From positions 32,001-96,000 of IMG/VR virus record IMGVR_UViG_3300025151_008277: a stretch of 64,000 nucleotides of DNA. The stretch is one strand, 5' to 3'. Made by a program: the position numbers and the translations under genes. The notes beneath the pieces were generated by a model. That model had not been told where the DNA came from, did no database searches, and saw only the letters and a list, made by a program, of their open reading frames with translations. This DNA comes from a virus. Shown in pieces: positions 49,022 through 59,256 of the stretch; the stretch's first letter is position 1; each line of letters opens with the position of its first letter.

Positions 49022-49921
49022 TAATTTATTATATAAATTTTTAAGCTCAAAAAACTCTTCATTATCTAGATTATATTTGTTTGTAAGTTGATCTAAAGAA
49101 TTTATACATTCCTCTACACTAAACTTTATAAGATTCATATCCTCTATTTGTCTTAAAGTGGTTATAGAAGAAATATGATTAAAATTTATCGTATGAATTT
49201 TCTTTGAGTAGTGTTGAAGTACATTTGAACTCTTTAAAATAAAATCTATACCATTATGATGGTATAAATGATTCAAATTTTTTTTAAAAAATCTATTAAT
49301 TAAAAATAAACTATTTACTTCTTTTTTTAAAAACCTACTAATTACTCGAAATTTTTCTTTAAAAGGATTTATAATCTTTACTATACTTTTTCGTTTATTT
49401 TTTAAAGGTAGTTCTGTAATTGAAGTTAAAAAAGAGTTTACCGAGCTTTTAGATACTAAAAAGTATTTGTTAAAATCTTCTTTAGTTATGTAAAATAGAG
49501 AATGATTACTCTGAATAATTATATCTTTACCTACATAATTGGTCTTACTTATTAAATCTGCGTAAAACCAATCCCATATATAAAGGTAGCTTTCTTTATA
49601 TAAAATTTTATCTTCTATTTTATTAATAATTAAATCATCATCATCTTGACTATAAAATAATATATCTTCCTCTATTTTATTAGACATAAAATATGTAAGA
49701 AAATCCATATAATTATAAAACACTAAATCAAAGTTTTGTTTAATTATATTTCTTATTACGATATCTCTAATTTCAGATCGAAAATCCCAGTAATCATATT
49801 GTAAGGAGTTTTCCCAATCTTTAATTTTTTCTTCAAGTATTATTTTATTTTGTTTACCATACGTAAACTCTCTACCCGCAATATAATCCTTACTACCTCT
49901 TATTAAACAAACTTTTATCAT
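49016..49921 (-). CDS. Hypothetical protein, possible GT-A glycosyltransferase
   Basis: SQDDDD motif; glycan-island context; extremely AT-rich. Confidence 0.5.
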   Translation of the reverse strand: MIKVCLIRGSKDYIAGREFTYGKQNKIILEEKIKDWENSLQYDYWDFRSEIRDIVIRNIIKQNFDLVFYNYMDFLTYFMSNKIEEDILFYSQDDDDLIINKIEDKILYKESYLYIWDWFYADLISKTNYVGKDIIIQSNHSLFYITKEDFNKYFLVSKSSVNSFLTSITELPLKNKRKSIVKIINPFKEKFRVISRFLKKEVNSLFLINRFFKKNLNHLYHHNGIDFILKSSNVLQHYSKKIHTINFNHISSITTLRQIEDMNLIKFSVEECINSLDQLTNKYNLDNEEFFELKNLYNKLL

Positions 49922-50742
49922 TTTATATTCTTTAATATTTCTTTATATTCGATTTGCTGACAAGGTATTTGTTTAATTATATCTGTCCGTTTACATTTAT
50001 TCCAAGAAGCACACCCTACGCAATAAATTAAATCCTTTAAAATCTTCATATTATTATCTGGAAATAGTAAGTTTACATTATTTGATTGGCTTAATGTAAT
50101 AATTTTTTTATTGTAACCGTTAGCTATGTGGAGCGGTCCTGTTACAGGTGTGATGATTGTATCACATAAGTATATAAACGTAGTTATATCTAATACATTG
50201 TTGATTGGTAATTTAGGTATATTTGTTTTATCATAATCTAGTATAAAAGAGGTGCCGGGCAAGTTTTCTGCTGTCTTCTCCATAATATGTATAGGTATCT
50301 TTCTAGTAATATCACTATAAGACCCGTGTACAAATATATACCACGGTTTTTTAAAATTTTCTAGATATTTTGTTTTTTCAATAACTTTATCTTTATAAAT
50401 TTTTAACTCAGGTTTTTGTATTTTATAATCTATTTTTTTGTTATGCTTTTTTAAAAAATTATTAGTTTTATTTATCCAATATTTTGGTTCTGCATCTTTT
50501 CGAGTAAGAGTATTGTTAATATTAACATATTCATATACACCATCATAATCAATATCTATTCTCCCTTCGTATTCATTAGTGTGATATACATTAGTAATAT
50601 ATGGAGATAGCAGACCTACTTCTTTATATTGTTCTGAAACTATTAAAGTAACTTCATAACCAATACTAACAAGTTTTTCCGCTACTATAAAAGTAGTAAT
50701 TATATCACCGATCGCTCCTGACCTCTTTAAAGTTATATTCAT
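49918..50742 (-). CDS. GT9 (heptosyltransferase-like) glycosyltransferase
   Basis: GAIGD, SPYI, TGPLHIA, C-terminal C-x-x-C...C...C; start re-assigned to MNITLKR. Confidence 0.85.
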   Translation of the reverse strand: MNITLKRSGAIGDIITTFIVAEKLVSIGYEVTLIVSEQYKEVGLLSPYITNVYHTNEYEGRIDIDYDGVYEYVNINNTLTRKDAEPKYWINKTNNFLKKHNKKIDYKIQKPELKIYKDKVIEKTKYLENFKKPWYIFVHGSYSDITRKIPIHIMEKTAENLPGTSFILDYDKTNIPKLPINNVLDITTFIYLCDTIITPVTGPLHIANGYNKKIITLSQSNNVNLLFPDNNMKILKDLIYCVGCASWNKCKRTDIIKQIPCQQIEYKEILKNIK

Positions 50743-50758
50743 TTGTGTATATAATATT

Positions 50759-51541
50759 ATGGTAGTATTCGCTAATATTAAAACAGATCCGGAGAATTTC
50801 AATAATACTGGAAACCGTTTCTGTACTCCTTACATTTATTATAAATTCCCATTTGATTGTACTCATAGGTGTATTGTTGGGGATTCTTTTAATGAAGAAG
50901 AGTATCCGTTAGTTTTAGGCGGTGGTGGAATGTTCCAAGGTTGGTTTATTGATAATGTATTTCCTAAATTTAAAAATAAAATAAAAATAGTATGGGGATC
51001 CGGTACTAATTACCACCATACTAGTGAATATATTTTACCAGAGTTCCTCAACAAGTGGGATATGGTAGGTGTGAGAGATAAAGAGACAGATTTTTTTCGT
51101 AATAACAATATTGAGTACGATTGGGTGCCCTGTGTTAGTTGTAAAAATGAGTTATTTGATATTTCGTATACTTCAAAGCACGATATTGTTATCTATGAGC
51201 ACTTACACGCTCCTATTGATATTGATTTTTTACCTAATGCTCCAAAGCTTAATAATATAGGAGGTAATCTCGAAGAGAAAATTAATTTTATAGGATCAGG
51301 AGATATTGTTATTACTAATTCCTATCACGGAGCCTACTGGGGATTACTTTTAAATAAAAAGGTTATTATATATAAACCATTTGCAAATAGATATCTTTAT
51401 TTCCCATGGGATATAAGTATAGCTCATGAGTGGGATATTAAAGATACAATAAAGTCATGCACTAGTTTTAATATTCTACAAGAGTGTAGAGAAGCTAATG
51501 ATGATTTTTATCAAAGAGTTTGCAATCTTATATTAAACTAA
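50759..51541 (+). CDS. Polysaccharide pyruvyltransferase-like protein
   Basis: NTG, LGGGG, WGSG, VGVRD, TNSYHG. Confidence 0.8.
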   Translation: MVVFANIKTDPENFNNTGNRFCTPYIYYKFPFDCTHRCIVGDSFNEEEYPLVLGGGGMFQGWFIDNVFPKFKNKIKIVWGSGTNYHHTSEYILPEFLNKWDMVGVRDKETDFFRNNNIEYDWVPCVSCKNELFDISYTSKHDIVIYEHLHAPIDIDFLPNAPKLNNIGGNLEEKINFIGSGDIVITNSYHGAYWGLLLNKKVIIYKPFANRYLYFPWDISIAHEWDIKDTIKSCTSFNILQECREANDDFYQRVCNLILN

Positions 51542-52466
51542 CAAAATCTCTTTTGTAAATATTTTTTAGTAAGTGTTTTTTCTCTAAATTTACACTAACT
51601 GCAACACAGTCATTTATACCGCCGTGTATAGTCAAACAATCTTTTGTTTCTTCTACATTTTGAGGGAAGAATATATCTACTACCCATGTAGAGTTAGTTC
51701 TACTTCTCCAATTGACAAACTCTTTTCTCTGTTCTTTATTATAATTATCAAATGAACCAAATAATGGTATTCTGTTATAAGAAATAGGTATATAATCTTT
51801 AGTAACTTCCATTATACCGCAAAAGTATTTCAACTCCCCTGCTATACCATACAATGTAGATGGATCTTCAACACAATATTCTTTTATAATTTTAGTTTTT
51901 ATACTACTATGAAATATAGTATATGTTTTATTTCTTAATTTAAATGTGTTAGTGCTTAGCCTTGGTATACCATATTTCTTTATCCAAGGTTCCCATTTTT
52001 TATTCTTTTCAAGTTTAACAATATTCCGATTGTTGCTATTATATATTTCTAATGGCTCTATTTTGTAAATAAATTTCCTATTATGTATTTGCCAGTTCTT
52101 TTCGTAAGCCCTATTATTTAAATTATAGATATCACAACTTCTTTTTTTTATAGAACTATGACCCATCTTACACCCTAATACACTTGTAGTTTTTTTATCA
52201 AAGTAAGTTAAACAAAATGTGAATTTACTTTTATTATAAAATCTCGGATCCTCGTATGATTCAAGGAAAAGACCATCTGTATTACTCTCTACTAAAATAT
52301 TATCTTGTTTATCTACTATACTACTTAAAACAAAATCTACTTCATCCACGTATCTTTCCCTTCTGTATATAGGTGTATCATTTAAACAAGACATATTTAA
52401 ATAATTCTCATAACCATCAAAGGATTTGTGTTCCTTTATATCGAAATCTTTTACTAATGGACCCAT
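51528..52466 (-). CDS. Putative beta-propeller glycosidase/phosphorylase-like protein
   Basis: EDPR and EKNW motifs; late G-x-ND. Confidence 0.55.
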   Translation of the reverse strand: MGPLVKDFDIKEHKSFDGYENYLNMSCLNDTPIYRRERYVDEVDFVLSSIVDKQDNILVESNTDGLFLESYEDPRFYNKSKFTFCLTYFDKKTTSVLGCKMGHSSIKKRSCDIYNLNNRAYEKNWQIHNRKFIYKIEPLEIYNSNNRNIVKLEKNKKWEPWIKKYGIPRLSTNTFKLRNKTYTIFHSSIKTKIIKEYCVEDPSTLYGIAGELKYFCGIMEVTKDYIPISYNRIPLFGSFDNYNKEQRKEFVNWRSRTNSTWVVDIFFPQNVEETKDCLTIHGGINDCVAVSVNLEKKHLLKNIYKRDFVSLI

Positions 52467-52545
52467 CTAAAAATGCTTGAAATTAATTATTTTGTTTCCT
52501 TAAAATATCTCTTGATAAAATTAAGATAGATAATATTATCGTTGT

Positions 52546-53142
52546 ATGATTCTGCAAGGACAAGAAGAAACTAAAATTTATGATGGTAATCTCATCCATA
52601 ATCGGTTTGCTTATAAATACTTTGGCAAAAAAACACTACCTATCGGAAATATTATTGCTTTTCGTGCTCCAATGCATGTAGAAGCAGAAGGAATGATTGA
52701 TAATGAAGACCTTATTAATAATGATTATATTTACTCTGATGACGCTATTAATTTTTGCTGGGAACTTCCTAATATTTGTCCTCTTGGTGCTGTTGCATTT
52801 CAGAGATTGCTTAACACGCAGATTGCAAACATTCTTTCAACGAAATACCTCAAGAAGCCCATCGAAGTAGACGGGGATGATCTTATTGTTCATGCAGAAC
52901 ATAATCAGCATAACATTATTCAGCAAAAAGGTAAGTGTAGCGTAAGCATTACCTACTCAAAAGATAATGTCGCTATTGGTCACACCGCTATTAACATAAC
53001 TGCAGGTAAGAAAGCTCCTGCTTTTGCTTTTAGTACAGAGCTAAAAGATAATGAATCTATTGATTTCATGAAAGATGTTATTGATGTGTTTTATGAAATG
53101 GCTGATGATATGTTTATCGCTACTACTAAAGTGATTGTATGA
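52546..53142 (+). CDS. DUF366-family protein (biotin/lipoate ligase-like fold)
   Basis: YDG, AY, AFR, M-x-D-x-ED, QRL, GDDL, K-x-SVSI, H-x-x-IN. Confidence 0.75.
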   Translation: MILQGQEETKIYDGNLIHNRFAYKYFGKKTLPIGNIIAFRAPMHVEAEGMIDNEDLINNDYIYSDDAINFCWELPNICPLGAVAFQRLLNTQIANILSTKYLKKPIEVDGDDLIVHAEHNQHNIIQQKGKCSVSITYSKDNVAIGHTAINITAGKKAPAFAFSTELKDNESIDFMKDVIDVFYEMADDMFIATTKVIV

Positions 53143-53507
53143 CGTTATTTGACTTCCTTAACAATATAACACATGATAAGAATAAGCCTGAATTAGATAT
53201 ATCAGACTTATCTAATTACAGCCCTTATATTATTAATCGCTTTTTGTCTCAATACAGTCCTGAGATAAGTTATATAATCAATCATACTGTAAACAAAACG
53301 TGTGAGACTAATTCAGATAAAGAGCATCATTATAAATTTTTAACTTATGCATTACCTGCGTTGAAGAAAAAATTTATACGTTATATTAAGAAGAAAAATG
53401 AAAAAAATAAAGATTTTACTAAGTGTGCTTCTTTACATGAAATATCGAAAAGAGAGGTAGATTTGTATTTTAAAGAATTTAATGTAAATATAGAAAATTA
53501 TGAGTGA
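53139..53507 (+). CDS. gp62: Clamp loader small subunit (gp62-like)
   Basis: LFDFLNNI, YSPYIINRFLS, HYKFL, ISKRE. Confidence 0.85.
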   Translation: MTLFDFLNNITHDKNKPELDISDLSNYSPYIINRFLSQYSPEISYIINHTVNKTCETNSDKEHHYKFLTYALPALKKKFIRYIKKKNEKNKDFTKCASLHEISKREVDLYFKEFNVNIENYE

Positions 53508-53985
53508 GTTTGAAAAGGCCCTTGATAAGTCAGGTATTGAACTGACAGATTCTCAACGCGATGCGTTTGATGTTACTGCTAAAAGAAGTTTAATTAATCT
53601 TGATACCTATGAAAATGATACTTTCAGTTTATTAGGTTATAAACTTAGAACAGTTTTAGATGATATTCTTTTAGTTCAATATGTAGATCTATCTAATGAT
53701 GGTAAATCTATTATGCGTAATGGTATTTTAATTCCGTTAGCGCAAGTTCAGCGTACATGGCGTATTGCTCGAGTAATCCTTAAAGGACCGCTATGCAAAT
53801 ACACTAACGTTGGTGACTATATTTGTTTTCCTGATGACAAAGGTATTAAAGTAGATAATATTTCTGTCGCTGGAATCGAAGGATCAGCTAGAGATTGCGT
53901 ATTTTTAAATGAAGCGCGAATCTTTGGTGTTTGTGATCCTGAAGAAATCGAAGTAGTAAACAACGAACAAAATGAAGATCAGTAG
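53500..53985 (+). CDS. GroES-like co-chaperonin
   Basis: DDILLV, GILIP, V-x-x-x-GP, VGD, FLNEARIFG. Confidence 0.8.
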   Translation: MSEFEKALDKSGIELTDSQRDAFDVTAKRSLINLDTYENDTFSLLGYKLRTVLDDILLVQYVDLSNDGKSIMRNGILIPLAQVQRTWRIARVILKGPLCKYTNVGDYICFPDDKGIKVDNISVAGIEGSARDCVFLNEARIFGVCDPEEIEVVNNEQNEDQ

Positions 53986-54346
53986 AACAGCATTATTAGC
54001 TGAATTAAATAACAACGTTTGCGAGATTAGGTTTATGAGACGTAACCCAAAAGAGGGTTCCCCGTCAACAAGGCGTATGCTTGCCTGTAATAATCTTAAT
54101 CTGTTAGGTAGTGTTAACGGTCGAACGGTTTTAAATTTTAAACCTAGTAGTTCTAGTCCCAGATATAACACTGCGAATGAAAATACAATTATTACATGGG
54201 ACGTTTTTATGCAAAACTGGCGTACTATAAACTGTGATAACGTGGAGCTTTTGAATACATGGTCTGATGATCAATTTTGGGATGTATTTAACGAAAGTTT
54301 CGCTCCATTATCTTCAGATGATAAGATAGCCTTTATGAATACATGA
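53972..54346 (+). CDS. SH3/WYL_2-like beta-barrel protein
   Basis: CEIRF, RRML, WDV-x-x-QNWRTI. Confidence 0.6.
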   Translation: MKISRTALLAELNNNVCEIRFMRRNPKEGSPSTRRMLACNNLNLLGSVNGRTVLNFKPSSSSPRYNTANENTIITWDVFMQNWRTINCDNVELLNTWSDDQFWDVFNESFAPLSSDDKIAFMNT

Positions 54347-54669
54347 GTCAAGTTGAATTCATAGAAACACAATTTAAGTCAATTTTATTGGAAACTATAT
54401 CTGTAGAGCTGAGAGGTAAAACTGTAGCTAAAGGTAAGTTAGTTTTCTATGAATTCAAAGACTTTAATTTCAAATTTATATTTGACACTAATAAAAAATT
54501 TGAATTCCCTTATCCTTTCGATGTTGAGTCTAAATCTAAAGAGATTAGGCTTTCTTACCACAACAAGTTCATACATCACAACGATCCATTACAAAAGTTT
54601 AAGATGGTTAATTGTATGAAAAACTTAAAAAATAAGTTTTATAATTCCACGCTAGTAGTTAAAATATAA
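54343..54669 (+). CDS. Hypothetical protein
   Basis: 108 aa ORF. Confidence 0.6.
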   Translation: MSQVEFIETQFKSILLETISVELRGKTVAKGKLVFYEFKDFNFKFIFDTNKKFEFPYPFDVESKSKEIRLSYHNKFIHHNDPLQKFKMVNCMKNLKNKFYNSTLVVKI

Positions 54670-54674
54670 CTCGA

Positions 54675-56306
54675 ATGAGAAAATACTTTCCTCAAGGTTA
54701 TACCCCTACGGTTAAGCAGGAGTCTGTACTTGATTTGATTGGTGATAAGTTTTTTAACAATAAAAAGTTTCTTATCATACAAGCACCTACTGGAACAGGT
54801 AAGAGCTTTATATCTAAAACTGTAGCAAACGCAGCTAGACAGTGCACTAAGCAGTTTAGGGAGCTAGTTACATCAGGGGACATATACAAGACTCATGGCT
54901 TTGACGGCAGTTACGTTTATGCTGATAAAGTCTATAGTGAACCAGCTCATGGTTGCTTCTCGTTAACTATAACCAAGACGCTTCAAGATCAATATGCTAA
55001 CTTATTTGATGATACAACTGTATTCAAAGGTAAGTCAAATTATGATTGCGCGTTATTTCCAGAGTTTGAAGTTGATACAGCTCCTTGCTCCTATATTGGT
55101 AAACAAAAAGTAGAGTGTTTAGCTAATAAGTGTTGTAGCTACTACAATAAGCGAGATGAATCTCTTACTAGTCAGTTTAGTAGTTTGAGTTATAGTAAGT
55201 TTCTTACTATGGAAGACCATACTAAACGTAGACAGTACTTAGTATTAGATGAAGCTTCAGAGTTAGAGTCGGAGTTAGTTAAAGAATTTACCTTCTCTCT
55301 ACCTCATAAAGACCTCCGAAAGAAGGGTATCATATTTAAAAATAGTTCTAATAGAACAAAGCTATTTGAAAACCTATTTGAGTGTTATGGTGAGTTAAAA
55401 AACTACTTAGATGACGTTAAGAGACTTATTAACAGAAAGAAAACCACCTACACTAATGAAAGTAACCTGGTAAGAGACTATAAAAAGTTTAATAAAATAG
55501 CGCTCGGTCTAAAAACTCTAATTAACACTTATAGGGAAAGTAAGTATATCGTTGAACGAGATAGTTTAGAGACAACGTTTATACCTCTCAAGGTAGATGT
55601 ACTCAGTAAACACATATTCGACCATGCTGAGAAGATTGTTTTACTATCAGCTACAATAGTAGGTGTAAAGAGCTTTGCAAAGTCGTTAGGTATTAGTGAA
55701 GATAACTTTGACTATATTAATATAGAGAGTAATTTTGACGCTAAAAGGTCTCCGATTTTCGTTTATAAAGATACTCCCCTTAATGCTAAGAACTTAAACT
55801 CGACTTTACCTACTATAGTAGATAGAATTGAAGGATTATTAGAACATCATCCTGAAGATAAAGGAATTATACATACTCAGAGTAATGTAATTACAGAATA
55901 TATTAGAGACTTTATCGATAAGAAGTATGCTAAGAGAATGTTATTTAGGGAACCCGGTATTAAAAACGAGACAATACTAAAACTTCATACTGAAAGTCCT
56001 GAGCCTACAGTGTTAGTTAGTCCATCTATGACATATGGGGTCGATTTGAAAGATCATTTAGGTAGATTTCAGGTAGTAGTTAAACTACCATACCTTCCAT
56101 GGCGAGATAAACGAGCAGAAATGATTAGAAAGATTGATGAGAAATGGTACACTTATAAAATGCTTTCTAATCTCATTCAAGCTTGTGGTAGAACTACTAG
56201 AGGTGAAGAAGATCATAGTGTTACCTATATAATGGACTCTACTTTCTTGCGTATATTAGATATATATAGCGAAGATATTCCATCATACTTCTTAAAACGA
56301 CTATGA
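54675..56306 (+). CDS. DinG/YoaA/XPD-family helicase
   Basis: QAPTGTGKS, KGKSNY-x-C...C...C...C (FeS), DEA, LSAT, GVD, QACGRTTR. Confidence 0.92.
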   Translation: MRKYFPQGYTPTVKQESVLDLIGDKFFNNKKFLIIQAPTGTGKSFISKTVANAARQCTKQFRELVTSGDIYKTHGFDGSYVYADKVYSEPAHGCFSLTITKTLQDQYANLFDDTTVFKGKSNYDCALFPEFEVDTAPCSYIGKQKVECLANKCCSYYNKRDESLTSQFSSLSYSKFLTMEDHTKRRQYLVLDEASELESELVKEFTFSLPHKDLRKKGIIFKNSSNRTKLFENLFECYGELKNYLDDVKRLINRKKTTYTNESNLVRDYKKFNKIALGLKTLINTYRESKYIVERDSLETTFIPLKVDVLSKHIFDHAEKIVLLSATIVGVKSFAKSLGISEDNFDYINIESNFDAKRSPIFVYKDTPLNAKNLNSTLPTIVDRIEGLLEHHPEDKGIIHTQSNVITEYIRDFIDKKYAKRMLFREPGIKNETILKLHTESPEPTVLVSPSMTYGVDLKDHLGRFQVVVKLPYLPWRDKRAEMIRKIDEKWYTYKMLSNLIQACGRTTRGEEDHSVTYIMDSTFLRILDIYSEDIPSYFLKRL

Positions 56307-56335
56307 AAATATGACAGAAGTAATAAATATTATTA

Positions 56336-57019
56336 TTGAAAACTCAATATTACGGCTTTGAAATAAAAGATATTATGAAGCAGTTCGTTTCTGCTTTTAA
56401 TAGTATCGTTATCGACAGATATAATAAAAACAGAGTTGTCCAAGAAAAGATTCAAGCTAATTTCGTTTATGCTCCTAAGGAGAGAGTAATCCACGACTTA
56501 GTAAATAAGAATCAACATTTAAAATTACCTGTAGTAGCTGTTTCTATGAACAGTGTTACTAGAGATAATGAGAGAGTGTTTAATAAGATACCTGGTTTTT
56601 ACGTATCAAGAGCTCCTTCCGTAAGCGCAGGAGCTACCACAACAAATTTCTTTCCTTCTCCAATACCAGTTAATATAGGAGTTACAATGGATATATTAAC
56701 TAGGTTTCAAACTGATATGGATCAAATTATTAGTAATTTTGTACCATATAATAACCCGTATATTATTATAAGTTGGAAGCTCCCTAGTTCTCAAAACTTA
56801 TCTGAAAATTTAGAAATAAGATCTGAAGTATTATGGGATGGTAATATTAGTTTATCTTACCCTGAAAAGCTTTCTGGGGTAGAACCATACAGAGTTTCTG
56901 CGACGACTAACTTTACAATTAAAGGTTGGTTGTTTAAGAAAAATATTGATAGTACGGTCGCTAATATTTTCACAATCGACCAAAAATTTGTACCAGTAAG
57001 CGGATTCGAATATGAGTAG
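56336..57019 (+). CDS. gp15: Tail terminator/tail completion protein (gp15-like)
   Basis: F-x-x-x-FN, YAPKE, LP, P-x-P-x-NI, DMDQI, FTIKGWLF; TTG start 6 nt after ATAAATA. Confidence 0.85.
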   Translation: MKTQYYGFEIKDIMKQFVSAFNSIVIDRYNKNRVVQEKIQANFVYAPKERVIHDLVNKNQHLKLPVVAVSMNSVTRDNERVFNKIPGFYVSRAPSVSAGATTTNFFPSPIPVNIGVTMDILTRFQTDMDQIISNFVPYNNPYIIISWKLPSSQNLSENLEIRSEVLWDGNISLSYPEKLSGVEPYRVSATTNFTIKGWLFKKNIDSTVANIFTIDQKFVPVSGFEYE

Positions 57020-57491
57020 ATCAATAAAATACAGCAGTAAACTAACCTCGGTTACTAGTTTTAGCGGTAACTTTGACGCTCAATCTCTTTCAGCACGACC
57101 GCAACTTACTCGTGGCAATACCTTTACTACATTAACTTGTGGTTTCTCAGGTCAGAGCAGAACGTTTGAAGGTTATAGTTTTGATAGTGTAGAATCAGTT
57201 TTATTGAGCTGTCAAAATAATACTAATGTTTTTGTAAGTGGTGGTGACCCTAGTCTTACAAACTGGCCTATATCAGGTTTTACATCTATTTCAACACTTT
57301 GTGACGGTACAACCCTTGATCCTCCCATATCTGGTATTATAATTGGCGGATACACTATAAATAGTTACAGTAGTATGACTATCAAGTTCCCTGAGATCTC
57401 AGCTACAGGTAATATTGACATTTTATTAATGAATGCTGCTGGTTACGGTAGTATGGTGAAGGATTTAAGTACAACAATAACAATAAACTAA
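57012..57491 (+). CDS. Ser/Thr-rich putative virion protein (Ig/IPT-like)
   Basis: beta-rich, N-x-AGY; sits between gp15 and portal. Confidence 0.55.
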   Translation: MSRSIKYSSKLTSVTSFSGNFDAQSLSARPQLTRGNTFTTLTCGFSGQSRTFEGYSFDSVESVLLSCQNNTNVFVSGGDPSLTNWPISGFTSISTLCDGTTLDPPISGIIIGGYTINSYSSMTIKFPEISATGNIDILLMNAAGYGSMVKDLSTTITIN

Positions 57492-57492
57492 C

Positions 57493-59247
57493 ATGGATAC
57501 AGGTAAAAGTTCAACTTTTGGAAGAAATTTGCAGCAATTTATATCAAACGCGCTACCATATAGGTCGCCAGCTGCGATTATCGACGACGTACAGCAAGAT
57601 AACCCTAAGTTTAAGGAATTTTATCAAGCTGGGTCTTTGCGACAGGATCTTTTATCGAAGCACTCCGTGGTTACACCTAAAGTACCTGAATCTGATCACC
57701 CTGTAGGTAATTTTTTAGCTGATCGAGCATACAACCAGTTAATGTATGCTAATCTTGACGTTGATAAGGGTAAAAGATTAAGAGATTATCGTATGATGGG
57801 AGCTTTTGCTGAAGTTGCTGATGCCTTAGATGAGATTTGTGACGAGTTTTTGTGCGAGGATGATATGGGTAAGGTTATTGAACTACAATTTAGAGATATA
57901 ATCGACTTTGATCCTTTAGTTAGTAAGCAACTACGAGAAGAGTTTAATAATTTTATCAACATCTTTGAGCTTAAAGAAAAAGGTTGGGAGTATTTGAGGT
58001 ATTTGTTAACAGATGGTGAGGTTTATTTTGAAAATATTATTCATAAGAAACATCCTGAGAGCGGTATACTTGGTGTAGTTAATATTCCTACTCATATTAT
58101 TGATCCTGTGTATGATAATTACCAGAATATGTCTATTAAAGCTTTTTTGTTGCGTAAATTAAAACATCACAAAGATGATCAACGTAACGCAGGTCAAAGC
58201 TCTGTGCATTTAAAAGATAAAGACTTTATTCCTCTTGATAGAAATCAAATTACGTACATTAACTCAGGTACTTGGAACGAAGATAAAACGTTTAGAGTGC
58301 CATTTATTGAAAATGCTCGCCGAGCTTATCGTCAGTTAACGTTGGTAGAAGATTCTGTTATTATTTACCGACTAGTAAGAGCTCCTGAACGTCTTGTTTT
58401 TAACGTCGACGTTGGTAATATGAGTCCTCCTAAAGCAGAAGGATACATGCGCAAGCTAATGCAGAACTATTGGTCTAAGAAAACGTTTAACTTAGATGAG
58501 AGTAAGAGAGTTAACTCCTTTAACCCACAATCTATACTTGATGCTTTCTGGTTCCCTAAAAGAGAAGGCAGTAATGGTACGTCAGTTGATTCTTTACCTG
58601 GCGGAGCTAACTTAGGTGAACTTCAAGACTTAGTATACTTTGTTAAAAAGCTATATAAAGCTCTGAAGGTGCCTACTAATAGAGCAGAAATCGAAAGCAC
58701 GTATCAAGCTGATGCGAATGTACTTAGAGAAGAGCTTAAGTTTGCTAATTTTATCGTGAGACTACAGGCTAGTTTTGCTAAAGGATTGAAAGAGTCTTTT
58801 GTAACTCATCTTAAATTAAAAAAGATGTGGAAGAATTTTGAGTTAAGAGAGAATGCTTTTGATTTAGTTTTCACTCCACCTCGTAATTACCATGAGTTAC
58901 GTAAGCAACAAATTATGGACTTGAAGTTAGGTAACTTCAACACTATTACTCAGAACGAATCCATCTCTAAGGGGTATGCTCAGAAGGTATACTTAGGTTG
59001 GAACGATGAACAGATTAAAGCTAATAGAGAATGGCTTCGCAAAGATGCATCTCTTCAACACGAGATTGGTAAAATTCAAGAAGGTGGTAGTGATTGGAAC
59101 GCTGGTAGTGCTGCAGGACCAGATCTCGGCGCTGGAGTAGATCAGGGTGAAGATACACCTCCTGAATTCGGTCCTTCACCTGGAGGTGAACCCGAAACTG
59201 GTGAAGAACCTGAAGCTTCTGCACCGGAGCCGCCACCAGAAGCCTAA
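57493..59247 (+). CDS. gp20: Portal vertex protein (gp20)
   Basis: YR-x-M, EV-x-DALDEI, DG, EDSVIIYRLVRAPER, DVGNM, LPGG, KLYKALKVP, REELKF. Confidence 0.97.
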   Translation: MDTGKSSTFGRNLQQFISNALPYRSPAAIIDDVQQDNPKFKEFYQAGSLRQDLLSKHSVVTPKVPESDHPVGNFLADRAYNQLMYANLDVDKGKRLRDYRMMGAFAEVADALDEICDEFLCEDDMGKVIELQFRDIIDFDPLVSKQLREEFNNFINIFELKEKGWEYLRYLLTDGEVYFENIIHKKHPESGILGVVNIPTHIIDPVYDNYQNMSIKAFLLRKLKHHKDDQRNAGQSSVHLKDKDFIPLDRNQITYINSGTWNEDKTFRVPFIENARRAYRQLTLVEDSVIIYRLVRAPERLVFNVDVGNMSPPKAEGYMRKLMQNYWSKKTFNLDESKRVNSFNPQSILDAFWFPKREGSNGTSVDSLPGGANLGELQDLVYFVKKLYKALKVPTNRAEIESTYQADANVLREELKFANFIVRLQASFAKGLKESFVTHLKLKKMWKNFELRENAFDLVFTPPRNYHELRKQQIMDLKLGNFNTITQNESISKGYAQKVYLGWNDEQIKANREWLRKDASLQHEIGKIQEGGSDWNAGSAAGPDLGAGVDQGEDTPPEFGPSPGGEPETGEEPEASAPEPPPEA

Positions 59248-59256
59248 ATAATTAAA

